DNA of 64,000 bases, from NCBI RefSeq assembly GCF_009914755.1, contig NC_060930.1; one strand, 5' to 3'. Positions 36,962 through 50,759 of this stretch are shown in pieces (position 1 is the first letter of the stretch; each line of letters opens with the position of its first letter). The position numbers and the translations under genes are program-made. Source of the stretch: the human T2T-CHM13v2.0 reference genome, Homo sapiens. The notes below the pieces were generated by a model. That model saw only the letters and a list, made by a program, of their open reading frames with translations. It was not told where the DNA came from and searched no databases.

Positions 36962-39369
36962 AAAACTTGTACCACAAAACCATGAAGGATCATAAAACTA
37001 CAACAAACAATTATATACCAACAATTATATACCAACTAATCTAGAAGAAATTGATTAAATTCCTAGACATATACAACCTATCAATACTGAATTACAAAGA
37101 AATAGCAAATATAGACAGAGCAATAATGAGTAATGAGATTGAATCAGTAATAAAAAGTCTCCCATCAAAGAAAAGCCCAGGACCAGATGACTTCACTGCT
37201 GAATTTAACCAAACACTTAAATAAGAACTGATAACAATCCTTCTCAAACTCTTCCAAAAAGTTTAAGTAGAGGAAATCCTTCCAAACTTGTTTCCATGCT
37301 AGCATTACCTTGATACTAAAGCCAAAGAAGGGTGCTACAAGAAAAAAAAATACAGGTCAATGTTTCTAATGAACATAGATACTAAAATCCTCAACAAATT
37401 ACTAGCAAATAGTATTTGATATCATAGTAGAAGGATTATTCACCCATGATCATTTGAGATTTCTTCAGGGATGCAAGAATATTTTAGTATATTCATATAA
37501 ATAAATACAATAATACATCATGTTAACAGAAGGATAAAAGAAAACCTGTTATTATTTCAATAGATGGAGAAAAAGCATTTGACAAAACTAAACATTCTTT
37601 CATGGCAAAAACTTCCAATGAAGTAGTAATAGCAGAAATGTACCTCAAAATAATTCAGGCCATATATGACACACCCACAACTAACATCATATTCAATGGT
37701 AAAAAGTTGAAAAGTTTTCCACTAAGACCAAGAACAAGAAAAGGATGCCCACTCCTGCCATTTATATTAAATATAAGTCCTAGCCAGAGTAATAAGATAA
37801 GAAAAAAAATTGGAAGGCATCCAAATTGGAAAGGAAGAAGTTAAATTGTTCCTATTGCAGATGTCATGATCTTTTTCAATAGAAAACTGTAAATATTCTG
37901 CCAAAAAACTATTAGAATTGTCAAACAAATTCAGCAATGGTACAGGATGAAAAATCAACATACTAAAATTAGTAGAATTCCTTTAACCATAAACTCTGAA
38001 AAAGAAAAAAAATCCATTTACAATAACTACAAAAACAAAAACCATGTAGGAATAAATTTAACCAAAGAGGCAAAAGACCTGTATAATGAAATCTATAAAA
38101 TACTGATGACAGAAACTGAATAAAAAGCACACATTAATAAAAAGACAACCCCTTTTCATGAATTGGAAGAATTGATGTTGTTAAAATGTCAATTTTACCT
38201 ATAGCAATGTACAGATTCAGTGCAATCCCTGTCAAAATTTTAGTGACTTTTTAATAGAAATATTTAAAAATTCCTAAAATTTGTATGAATACACAACAAC
38301 TCAGAAGTGCCAAAATAATCTTGCACACACAAAAAAGCTGGATGTATAACACTACCTGACTTTAAAATATACTACAAAACTGTAGTAATCAAAACAGCAT
38401 GTTTGTATAAAACAGACACACAAACCAATGGAACAGAATAGAGAGCCTAGAAATACATCTGCACATTTATGATCAAGTGATTTTTGACAAAGGTGCCAAG
38501 AACAGACAATGTCGAAAGGAAAGTCTTTTCAATAAATGCTGTTAGAAAAACTGATTATACACATAAAGAATAATGAAATTTGACCCTTATCTTGCACTAT
38601 ATAAAAATCAATTCAAAATACATTAAAGACTTAAATCTAAGGCCTGAAATTGTCAAACTAGTAGAAGAAAACATAGAGAAAAAGCTCAATGATGTTGGTC
38701 TGGGCAATAATATTTTAAATATGACCCCAAAGGCACAGGCAACAGGAGCAAAAATAGATAAATGACATTACATTAAACTAAAAATCTTCTGCACAACAAA
38801 TAAAACAATCAACAAAGAAGCAACCGATAGAATGGAAGAAAATATTTGCAAACCATTAACTTGATAAGGGGTGAATACATAAAATACATAAGGAACTCAA
38901 ACAACTCAATAATAACAAAAGACATAATCTGATGAGGAAATGGGTAAAGGAACTAGATACACATTTTTCAAAAGAAGACATACAAATGGATGACAAGTAC
39001 ATGAAAAAATTCTCAACATCACTAATCATCAGAGAAATGCAAATCAAAATTAAAATTGCATGTCACCTCACAGCTGATAAAATGCCTATTACCAAAATGA
39101 TGAATGTTATCATTACTGGTGAGGATGTGAAGAAAAGAGAACCCTTGGGCTCCAAGTCATTTAAACTATCCATGTTTCACATTCCTTTTTTTCTGAAATG
39201 AGAATAACAATAATAATTTAATTCACTTGAATTATTTTGAAATTTATATAATTTATTTATAAATGCCTGCTGCTTTGTAAGTATTTGATAAATATTAAGC
39301 TTTAACAAACTTGAAAGAATTGCAAAAAAATTAAAAATACAATATTAGGAACACAGGAAAAAAATTAAT

Positions 39370-40785
39370 TTTTGAATATAAAAGTAAACAAAAATGTAGA
39401 AGAAAATCTTCATAACTTTGGAGTAGACAATAATTAGGACAAAACAGCACTAGCTATAGAAGAAAAATCTAATAACTTAGATTTCTCAAAACTAAAACTT
39501 GAGCTATTTAAAAATATTTCTTATATGCTAGGACTTTTTTTTTTCTCCACTTTTTTTTTTTATTATACTTTAAGTTCTAGAGTACATGTGCACAACGTGC
39601 AGGTTTGTTACATACATATACATGTGCCATGTTGGTGTGCTGCACCCATTAACTCATCATTTACATTAGGTATATCTCCTAATGCTTTCCCTCTCCCCTC
39701 CCCCCACCCCACCACAGGCCCTGGTGTGTGATGTTCCCCTTCCTGTGTCCAAGTGTTCTCATTGTTCACTTCCCACGTATGAGTGAGAACATGCGGTGTT
39801 TGGTTTTCTGTCCTTGCGATAGTATGCTAGGACTTTTCACTGCAAAATAGTGAAAAGGCAAACTAAAGACAGAAAATATGTGCAATCCATATATTTGACA
39901 AAACATTTCTATCTAGAATATATAAAGAAATCTTAAAATAACTCAATCCAATAAAATGTGTGAGTTATTTGAAAAGACAATTCATAAAAGGAAGTATATG
40001 AATGGCTAGTAAACATGAAAGTTATTCAATATAATTAATCATCAAGAAATGCAAATAAAATCATAATGTGATACCATTACATAACCACTAACATAGCTAA
40101 AATTTGAAAAAAGGCAGCAAAAAACAAAACTACTTTTGGGGAACAAGTGGAACAATTATAACTCTAATAGTTACTAGCAGGAATGAAAAGTGGTACGACC
40201 ATTTTGGAAAAAAAATAGCCAAGTTTTTTGTAAAATTAAACATTCAGTTACCAAATAACTCAGTAATTACACTCTTAGGTATTTATTCCAAGTAAATGAA
40301 AGCTTATGCCCACACATAATCTTGTGCATAAATATTTAGCAGCTTTATTCATAATCACCCCATAAAGGATGTAACCCAAGCGCTCATGAACAGGTAAGTT
40401 GTTAAAAAAAAAAAAAAAAGTTTTGGTATCGTTCATGCAAAAGAATTCTACACAGCAAAAAAATAGAAACAAGCTTCTGATATATAAAAGAAGTAGTGAC
40501 TCTCAAAAACATGCTGAATTAAAGAAGCCATGAATAAGAGGGTGCATACTACCATGTTATTTCATTTATATGACATTCCAGAAGAGGGAAAACTAATCTA
40601 TAGTGACAGACCACAGAGTAGTGGTTGACTGGGGCTGGGATTGATTGCAAATCTTTGTGGTAATATCCTGATTGTGATGGTAGTGATGTTTTGGATTTTG
40701 TCAAAACTTATCCACTTAAGATGGGTGCATATTATTTTATGTCAATGTTACCTCAGTGAAAATTTTTGAAAATGTTTTAAAAATG
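39370..40785 (+). mobile_element. L1MB/MC-like ORF2 end and 3'UTR, interrupted
   Basis: gaaatgcaaataaaatcataatgtgatacc; ttcatttatatgacattccagaagagggaaaactaatctatagtgacaga; tgtcaaaactta. Confidence 0.7.
39539..39822 (-). mobile_element. Short 5'-truncated L1PA4-6-like 3' end
   Basis: Poly-T and ttattatactttaagttctag... 15-bp TSD TATGCTAGGACTTTT at 39524-39538 and 39823-39837. Confidence 0.93.
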
Positions 40786-41631
40786 TCATTTATGTAAAGC
40801 ACAAGAATAAAGTTAAATATTTCATGGGAAATGTTTCTAATATGCTAGGACTTAATAAAAATATAGTTCGAATGTTGTTTTCCTTAAAAAAAAAGTTATT
40901 TGAAGCAAAACACTTATTACTGAGAGAAAAAGGAAAATTAGTCGTGATGTCTCTTAAATGTAAACTACAAGTTCTAGGGCTATGACATTTGATGAGGAAG
41001 TCCAGAAGACGCTGGAGGCCATGGGAATTAGCAATCCACACCTAGTCATTAAGCATGCCTGTAATGATCATCATGAAGAAAAGGGTCCTGGTGATGGTAT
41101 TTCTGGTTTAAAAGAACCTCAACACTTAAAAAAAAATAGAGACCTCAGAGTGACAAGAACTAGGACACTTAGCTTTAGATACTTTATAGTGAGATATATT
41201 GCACTTGACATATTTTAAATATAGGTTAGTTATTTCTCTGTAAAATGTCCATTCCACTTCATAAGGGGGTTGAGAGACTAATACAAAATGAAAAATAAGA
41301 CAAAATGTTGCATATACCTTGTTTTGATCACTGATACCAAGAATTTACAAAAGCAGCTATAAAAATGGTATTTTATAAAAAGCCAATATTTAGTAACCCA
41401 GAATTAAACCACACTGTATATATTAAAGAAGACCAAGGAGCAGATGAGTGCATGAGTGTGGAAATTTGTACGGAGTAAAGGTAGATTACATTTTTATTTT
41501 AAATAGAAAGGATTCTAAAATATCAGATAATGCCTCTCATAATTCTGGAAATACTGTTTAAGATTTAAATCTAAAAGTTAGTAGAATTAGAAATGGAATA
41601 CACATATCATCTAAAACACTGGCAAAAACGG

Positions 41632-41755
41632 GGCTGGGCAGGGTGGTGCACGCCTGTGGTCCCAGCTACTTGGAAGGCTGAGGTGGGAGGATCACTTGAG
41701 CTTGGGAGGTCAAGGCTGCAATGAGCAGTTACACTCAGTCTGGAAAGCAAAAACC
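41632..41755 (+). mobile_element. Alu monomer (FLAM/FRAM-like)
   Basis: ggctgggcagggtggtgcacgcctgtggtcccagctacttggaaggctgaggtgggaggatcacttgag; single arm only. Confidence 0.8.
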
Positions 41756-44288
41756 AAAAAACTCTGAAAATAATAAAAGCAAAGGTAACAGAATCTCTCC
41801 CTGCCAAAAAAAAAAAAAAAAAAAAAAAAAAAAGCAGATGACAAGGAAATAGGAAATACAGAAACACACAAATAAGAAAGAGTAAAACAAGATAAAGTTT
41901 GTAAGAACAAATGTATCAGGCAAATTACTAGATGAAAATGAGTTAATTTCCCCAATTTCAATGAATAATATTCGCAATACAACCAGGAAAACACTTTGAA
42001 GTAAGAAATGGTTTATTTTTTAGTATTCCATCCTACAAAATGCAGGTTAATAAAATAGATATTATATTTATACAACAGCAGTCAATGATGAAGAGGGCAG
42101 AGAAAAGAGAACAGGAGGAAAGAAATCAGTAAAGAGATTGGCTCTGACCTTCTCAGGGAATTGCTACATTGTACTAGCAGCTTTTCTTTCCTCAGTAGGA
42201 AAGAGTCTGGGTAGAGAATACCATGCATTGTCAAAGACCTGTTATTCTTTTTATATCCGGAAGTGTGTATGTCAGTGTGTCTGTGTGTACTTCTGATGGA
42301 GCATTTTCATACACACGTGGAAGAAGAGGGTAGAGCTTCCGACAACCAAAAAAGGACATCACTGAAGTAAGCATCAGGTAAGTCAGTTTCTAATTACAGA
42401 AAACACAGGTCTCCTCCTACTGTGCACTGGGAAAAACATAAGGGAAATATTGAGCATTGTCTTGCACTCTAAAGTTTACAATTTTATTGAGAAGGATTGT
42501 CCACATATGTAAAATAAGCAGGTATGTAGGCAAAAAAACAAGATAAATATATAAGTTTGGAAAGGGAGTAATCAGTGTAGCCTGCTGTTCTTAGACTATC
42601 TCCATAAAAACATAGTTTGGAATATGGTCATGGAGGCTAAACAGGCTTTAGAGAGTAGACAAGTGAAAAGAAATGAGAACCCAGAAGGGCAGAAAGAAGC
42701 AAGGTATGAGGCAATGGCAGAGAGTAGAACAGCATTCCGGGAATGAGACTTGGACTAGTTTACAAGAGAGACTGTGCAGCAAAAAAGGTAAACTTTAGCA
42801 TATCTTCACTGAGAGTTATACGCATCTCAGAAGTATGTGTATGGGATTGTATTTATGCACATACATAAAATGTGCATCCTGAAATTAGTGTTTTTTTATG
42901 AAGCTGTATCCATTGACAACAATATCTCTAACTAACTTTGGTACTTTGCTAGGTAAAAGGGATTAAAGATTAAGATCTATATACTAATATGTAGCTTTGT
43001 GTGACTCTTAGGGTTGTTTAACATCAACCAAACTGCATTGCACAGAAGTAACATCAGAGTTTTCTAGACATAGAGGAACTCTAAATAAAATTTGTATATT
43101 GTAAGTTGGTGATTTATAAACTATGAAAATGATTTTATGAATTTAGTAAACAAGTAGAGAGCTACATACAGGCTTCACGTGGATTATCCAGAGCTAGATT
43201 TTTAAGAGTCTGCCTCAATTGTAGCAAATATTCAGTAGGTCCTCATTATTCTTACACAATTTTTGAAGTAACCCAGAGGCTCTTTGCAATTGGCCAGCCC
43301 ATAAAAAAACAAATGAGTGTTCCTCAGACCGTAAGAATTCTGTCTTTAAATAAAATGCCATTTTTTCAGCATATGTCTGAGGAACCAGTGAACCTGGAAA
43401 TATTTTTGATGCTCCAGTCATCTTAAATTAATTTTCTATCATGCCAGACTAAGAAAACCCAAATACCTATTTCATATAACTTTGTGTATTTAAGAGAATG
43501 TTCACCCATGTGCTTTTAATTCATTTACACTTATATCGTCAAATATTAGCTTTATGAGTTTTTGATGTAGAACCAATTTTAGCTGCCTTCTCAATAAAGT
43601 ATGTTTTAATGCTTTTCCCTTTCAAGAACAGGAAGACTTGTTTTTCCAAAGACAAATAAATTCAAATATACAAAGCTTTGGATTTGATATGTAACTCAAA
43701 TCTCACACTATTTGCATATCTAGAATTACATCCCTTTTCTGGTACCCACATAACTGAAACTAACCAGAGCCTCAAAATACTCCTGCTAGATGCTAAACAA
43801 CCGATGGATTTGGCAACGACCATTGAATAAAATCTCCAGGAAAAAAAATATGGAGCTCTTCAAAAATATTGGCAAAGGCTTGAGTGAAAATAGAATTTCT
43901 CCCCACTATTTAGAATGTCTAAGTATAATTATGCCTAGGCAAATGTTAGAAGCTAATTTTATCCTGTCTGAAATGTTAAAGAATTATCAATAAGGATGAA
44001 CTTCAAATAATTCCAGGTTTCCTCGGTGTCACAGAATAGAATCTTCCTGGGATATATTGGATTTATATACTTAAATAGTATTATCAAGCTTTATATATTT
44101 GAAGTGGCATACTTTTCCCATTTATTGCCTGTTGAGTAAAGTAGAATACTTTCGTGAGTTAAAAAAATTTCATTTTATGCAATTCAAAAAAGTTTCTTTA
44201 AATATGCTGGCGTCTCCTAGGATTTAATCAACAAAAACTCTGTTTATTACTTTTGTGATATTATTCACTTTAATTTTAACCCTTTCGG

Positions 44289-44597
44289 TTTTGTTTTGTT
44301 TTGTTTTGTTTTTTTTGAGACGGAGTCTCACTCTGTCGCCCAGGCTGGAGTGCGGTGGCGTGATCTCGGCTCACTGCAAGCTCTGCCTCCCGGGTTCACG
44401 TCATTCTCCTGCCTCAGACTCCTGAGTAGCTGGTACTACGGGCACCCACCACCACGCCCGGCTAATTTTTTGTACTTTTAGTAGAGATGAGGTTTCTCCG
44501 TGTTAGCCAGGATGGTCTCCATCTCCTGACCTCGTGATCCGCGCGCCTAGGCCTCCCAAAGTGCTGGGATTACAGGCCTGAGCCATCGCGCCTGGCC
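44289..44597 (-). mobile_element. AluY-like, with (TTTTG)n tail
   Basis: cactgcaagctctgcctcccgggttcacg and ccgtgttagccaggatggtctc are AluY-type diagnostics; CpG-rich. Confidence 0.93.
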
Positions 44598-45224
44598 CGG
44601 TCTGTTCTTATATAATGAACAAATTTGAAGTAACTAAGCATGTGAATATCTGGAAAAGATAAACAAATGGCTATTAGTTCAATTTTGGAAAATAAAAAGA
44701 TTTTCAACAAGTTCTTAGCCAAAATTCTATTGCCAAAGTTTAGTTAAAATGACATATTAAGGAACTGGGGGAAATCTATTTTCATGACTGGGGGAAATAC
44801 TTTAGTTATTTAAAAAATGCAGAGGTAAAATGTAGCTTTTCTGAATGGCAAACTACATGAACTAATATTCCTTAGGGAAATAATTTATTATCTCCTTTAT
44901 ATCTTGTAAGAGACAGCAAAGATCTCATATATAAAAAAATGTATATCCTCTATGTAAACAATTTAAGAAGGAATGGGAAGTATTAAAGGGTTGTGAGACA
45001 TTTTTAAGTGTAATACAGAGAATTTAGGTATAATTCATTTTAAATTTAGATATGAGTTGCCCAGCACCTAATGATATAGGAATTTACATGTAATTTGTAC
45101 TAGCCTATTTTCTGAAGGCACTGGCTGTACACTAAAAGAGAGGAGGATAATTTGAAAACATCAGAAACCAAAGAGGAAATATTAACTGCTGTGTTCCTTT
45201 TGTGTCCCTCTCCCAAAGCTGCAA

Positions 45225-45470
45225 AGTAATAGTAGCTAATATATGTTGAATACCTACTGTAAGCCAGACACTCATTTAAACATATTATAGGTGTTATTTA
45301 GTGCAATTTTTTTAGACAGATACTGTTATCCAATTTTACGAATAAGGAAAACAAGACACAGAGGGATTGATTAAGTTGTCCGTGATGACACAGCCTGTAA
45401 ATGAAAATGTGAAATCTGAGCTTGAACAGCTTGATTCCAGATTATGCCTTCTAAGTACTGGTTGGCACTG
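45225..45470 (-). mobile_element. MIR
   Basis: tagctaatatatgttgaatacctactgtaagccagacact...ttttacgaataaggaaaacaagacacagaggg. Confidence 0.7.
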
Positions 45471-45829
45471 CTTCTTCACACAGTCATATTTTATACACAT
45501 ATGGGACATTCGTCCTAAATATCACAGAGAAGTCAACCAATCTAAGTGAGATTTTTGAGAAGAAAAGTGGAAGAGCTAAAATATTTCAAATTGGGAACAA
45601 GTACAGTCATCTACGAACTTGAGAACAGAATAAAATATAAATAGAAGATAGGAAAGTTGGAATCTACATCCACATACTCAATATTTCCAGTGGAATGTTA
45701 CCTTTCTTATGAGCCTGGCCCAGGAATGAACTTAATTGTGCAGAGCCAGGCTGGGCCCAGGCCAATTCTACCTTATTTGTTCTTTAGGACAGCTGCTAAT
45801 GTAGAGTCTCAACAGAAACTTCCCAAATT

Positions 45830-46600
45830 AAAATGTAAGTAAAAAATAATTTTTAAAAAAGCAACACAATATCCAAGAACTGTGGGACGATTACACAGGC
45901 ATAACATACATGAAATGGGAATACCAGATGAAAAAAGATTAAAACAAAATTTGAAGTAATACTGAGTAAAAATTTTCCAAAATTAATGACCTTCACCAAA
46001 CCGTGAATTCATGAAGCTCAGAAAACTATCCTATGAATCAGGATAAATATCAAAGAATCTACATGTAGGCATAACATATTCTTCAGAAAATCAAAGACAG
46101 AAATAAATCTTGAAATTTTTCATTTAACTCTTACATACAGAGAAACAAGAGTAATAATTATATCAGATTTATCTTCAGAAACTATGTAATCAAAAAGAGA
46201 GTGGAGTAAAATATTTAAAGTGTTGAATAAAAATAAAACAACTAACTTAGAATTCTGTATCCTGGGAAATTATTCTTCAAAAGTGAAAGAGAAAGAAAGA
46301 CTTTATCAGACACACAAGTATTGGGGAAATTTGTCATCAGTAGACCTGCTTTGTAAGAAATGTTAAGAGATGTGCTTCATAGAGAAGAAAAATGAGATAG
46401 GTGAGAAGCTTGGATTTATATAAAGATAATAAAAGCATTAGAGAGAGAATAAATGAAGGTAAAATAGAATCTTTTATATTTTCTTATTCTCAATTGATCT
46501 AACAGTAACAGTTTGTTCAAAATAATAACAACAACATATTCAGTGATTATAATTTATGGACAAGTGAAATAATACCAATGTTATTATTATCTATAAATCA
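45830..46600 (+). mobile_element. Old L1M ORF1 3' half
   Basis: atccaagaactgtgggac; atatcagatttatcttcagaaactatg; tattcttcaaaagtgaaagagaaa. Confidence 0.7.
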
Positions 46601-46924
46601 TTATAATACTACTAGGTGTACCTATATGTGTTTATAATTTTTTGATTTATCTGTTTCCCCAAGACTACTAAGTACTCAATTTTTTATATTTGATAGCTTG
46701 ATAGATTAAAAACAATTGATTCCCATGTTGAATTTCTATTTTTGGAAGTGAGCTTCAATTATCAGTTTATAACTTTGCATTTTTTCTATAAATATTGGTG
46801 TATTTTTCTTATTTATTTTTAAAGCCCTTTATTTTCATTTTGATTAATATTTCTATCATATATGTGCAGATAATTTTTCTAGGGTAAAACTTTTACATAT
46901 TTTTAGTAATTCAAAATACATCCC

Positions 46925-49900
46925 AGGCACATGAAGGAAGAAATAGATGCAATAATAGTAAGGGACTTCAGTATTCCACTTTCAACAATGTACAAATTAT
47001 CCAGACAGAAAATTAATAAGGAAAAACTAGAATGAACTGCTTTAGACAAAATGCACAGATATATGTAGAACACTCCATCCTACAGCTGCAGATTACACAC
47101 ATTCTTCTTCAGTGCACAAAGAACATCATTCAAGATAGAACATATATATATATATCATATATATAGAGAGAGATATATAGATATATAGATATATGATATA
47201 TATAGTAAGCCACAAACCAGTCTTAACAAATTATAAAAAATTGAAATCATGCCAAGTATTGTTTCTGAACACAATGGTATGAAATAGCCAATTAATAACA
47301 GGAGGAAATTCAGAAAATATACAAATACACAGAAATTAGACAACATGCTCTTCAATAAGTCAATGAAGAAATTAAAATTTAAAGGTAAAATATATTTATA
47401 GACAGATGAAAATAGAACATATCAAAATATACCAAAACCAATGGGATAGAGCAAAAACAGTACTTACAGGAAATGCCTATATCAAAAAATTAGAAAGACC
47501 TTAAAGAAACAACATAACATTGCACTTCCAGGAACTAGGAAAACAAGAACAAACTCCACCCAAAATTAATAGAAGTAAGGAAATAATAAAGGTCACAGCA
47601 GAAATAATTGAAATTGAGACTAAAAATACAATACAAAGAATCAATGAAACAAAAAGTTTGTTCTTTGAAAAGATAACAAAATCAACAAACATTTAGCCAA
47701 ACTAAGGAACAAAAGAGGGAAGACTCAAATAAAATCAGAGATGAAGCAGAAGATATTGCACCTGATACCACAGAAATACAAAGGATCACAGGAGCCTATT
47801 ATAAGCAATTATAGGCCAACAAATTGGAAAACATGGAAGAAATGGATAAATTCCTGGACAGACACAACCTATTAAGATTGAATCATGAAGAAATAGAAAA
47901 TCTGAACAGAGCAATAAGGAGTCATGAGATGGAATCAGTAATAAAAAGCCTCCCATCAAAGAAAAGCTCAGGACCAGATGGCTTCACTGCTGAATTCTAC
48001 CAAACATTTAAAGAACTAATATCAACCTTTTTCAAACTATTAAATAAAATTGAAGTAAATACTTCCAAACTCATTCACTAGACCAGCATTATTCTGATAT
48101 CAAAACCGACAAGGACACAACAGAGAAAGAAAACTAAAGGCCAATATCCCTGATAAACATAGTTTCAAAAATCCTCAACAAAATAATAGCAATCAGAATC
48201 CAGCAGCATATTAAAAAGATCATTCACCATAATCAAATGAGATTGATCGCAGAAATGCACGTCTGGTTCAATATATTCAAATCCATAAATATGATCAACA
48301 GTCAGTGAATCACTTTAACAGAATGAAGAAAAAAATCATATGATTATTTCAAATTAGGCATAGAAGGTAAATTCCTCAACACAGTAATAGCCATATATAA
48401 CAAACCCATAGCTAACATTATACTAAATATGGAAAAGTTGAAGGCTTATCTTTTAATATCCAGATTAAGACAAGGATGCTAATTTTCTCCACTTCTAATT
48501 TAGCATTATACTGGAAATCCTAGGCAGAGCAATTAGACAAGAGAAAGAAATAAAAGGCATCTAAATAGGAAAAAAGAAAATCAAAGTGTTCCTTTTGGTA
48601 GACAGCATGATCTTATATAGAGAGAACCCTGAAGACTCAAACCAAGAAATTGTTAGAAATAATAAAAAAAAATCCATAAAGTTGCAGGGTACAGAATCGA
48701 CATACAGAATTAGTAGAATTTCTTTAAAATAATAGTGAGCTATCTGAAAAAGAAATCAAGAAAAAAATTCCATTTATAATGGTTACAAAAAAGACATGTA
48801 GGAATAAATATAGCCAAGGAGATGAAATTTCTCCACAATGAAAACCATGCAATGCTGATGAAAGAAATTGAAGATTACACAAATAAATGAAAATATATCT
48901 TTTGTGTCTATAAATTGGAAGAATTAATGTCATTAAAATATTCATACTACCCAAATTGACTTACAGATTCAATGTAATCCCTATCAAAATAACCAGTGAC
49001 ATTCTTCTCAGAAATAGAAAAACAATTCTAAAATTTATATAGAACCACAAAAAACCATCAATAGCAAAAGCAATCTTGAGTAAAAAGAACAAAGCTGGAC
49101 GCATCACACTACCTTACTTAAACTATACTACAAAATTTGAGTTACCAAAACAGCATGTTACTGACATACAGACTCATAGACTAATGGAACAGTACAGAGA
49201 ACCCAGAAATTAATCCACGTATCTACAGTCAACTAATTTTTGACAAAGGGGCCAAGGAAACGTACTGGGGAAAGGATAGTCTTTTCAGTAAATAGTTCTG
49301 GGAAGATTGGATATCCACATGCAAGAAGAATAAAACTAGACTCGTATCTCTCATCATATACAAAAATCAAAATGGATTGGAGACTTAACTGTAAGACCTG
49401 AACTATGAAACTACTAGAAGAAAACATAGGAGAAATGCTTCAAGACATTGGTCCGGGAAGACATTTTGTGAATTAATTCTCAAAAACACAAACAACACAA
49501 GAAAAAAACATATGGGGTTATATCAAAATTAAAAAGCTTCTGTGCAGTGAAGGAAACAATTGACAGAGTGAAAAGACAACCTACAGAATGAAAGAAAACA
49601 TTTGCAAAGTACTCATCTGGCAAGGTTAATATCGATAATATATAAAAACTCAATAGCAAAGAAACAAATAATCTGACTTAAAAATGGGCAAAATATCTGA
49701 ATAGACATTTCTCAAAAGAAGACATAGAAATGACAAACAGGCATATTTTTTAAAGTGCTCAACATCATTAACAATCAAAGACATGCAAATCAAAACCGTA
49801 ATGAGATATCACCTCACTCCAGTTAGAATGGCTATTATAAAAAGACAAAAGATAACAAGTGTTGGTGAGGATGTAGAGAAAATGGAATTCTCACACACTG

Positions 49901-50668
49901 TTGATATAAATGTAAATTTAGATACTCATTATTAAAATAATATGGAGGTTCCTTAAAAATTAAAAATAGAACTATAATATGGTCTAGCAATGCCACTGCT
50001 AGATATATATCAAAATGAAAATCAGTATGTCAAAGAAATATCTCCATCCCCATATTTATTGCAGCACTACTCATAATAATCAGGATATGGAATCAATCTA
50101 AGTGTCCATCAATGGAAAATGGATAAAGAAAATATGGTATGAATACACAATGAAATAATATTTAGCCATAAAAAATAAAACTATGTCATTTGCAGCAACA
50201 TGGATGGAGCCGGATGACATCATATTCACTGATATAAGCTAGGCACAGAAAGACAGATCTGGCATGATCTCACTTATATGGGGAATCTGAAAAAGTTCAT
50301 CTCATGTAAGTGGAGGATAGAATTGTGGTTACCAAAGCCTGGAATGCCTAGGGAGAAGGGGGAGTTGGGGAGACATTGGTCAATGAGTAAACAGTTATAG
50401 TTAGATAGGAATTAGTTCTAGTGTTCTATTACACAGTAGGGTCACTATAGTTAACCATAATGTATAGTTTCAACTAGCTAGAAGAGAGGATTCTGAATGT
50501 TCTCACCACAGAGAAATGATAGATATTTAAGGTGATGGATTTGCTAATTACCCTGATTTAACTATTAGCCAATATGTACATATATTAAAACAGCACAATA
50601 TACCTCATAAATATGTACAATTATTGTGTCAATTAAAAATAAAATAAAACTACACAAATAAAAATAAA
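46925..50668 (+). mobile_element. L1MA3-5-like ORF2 to 3' end (5'-truncated), with (TA)n at ~47142-47205
   Basis: Degenerate ORF2 ([25 protein letters not shown]), then an L1MA 3'UTR ending aatatgtacaattattgtgtcaattaaaaataaaa. Confidence 0.85.
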
Positions 50669-50759
50669 ATAATATACACCATAGTCAATCATCTTCTCCT
50701 TTTAAGATTTTTTATTCAAGTTTGAAAAAGCCTTTCCTAGCCTTAAATTTAAATATGGC

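Noticed and set aside
40982-41218. 78-aa ORF MTFDEEVQKTLEAMGISNPHLVIKHAC with protein-like composition
   Set aside because: No recognisable family and no convincing splice sites or partner exons; its length is compatible with chance.
41806-41832. Isolated poly-A as the tail of a processed pseudogene
   Set aside because: No upstream ORF, polyadenylation signal or TSD found.
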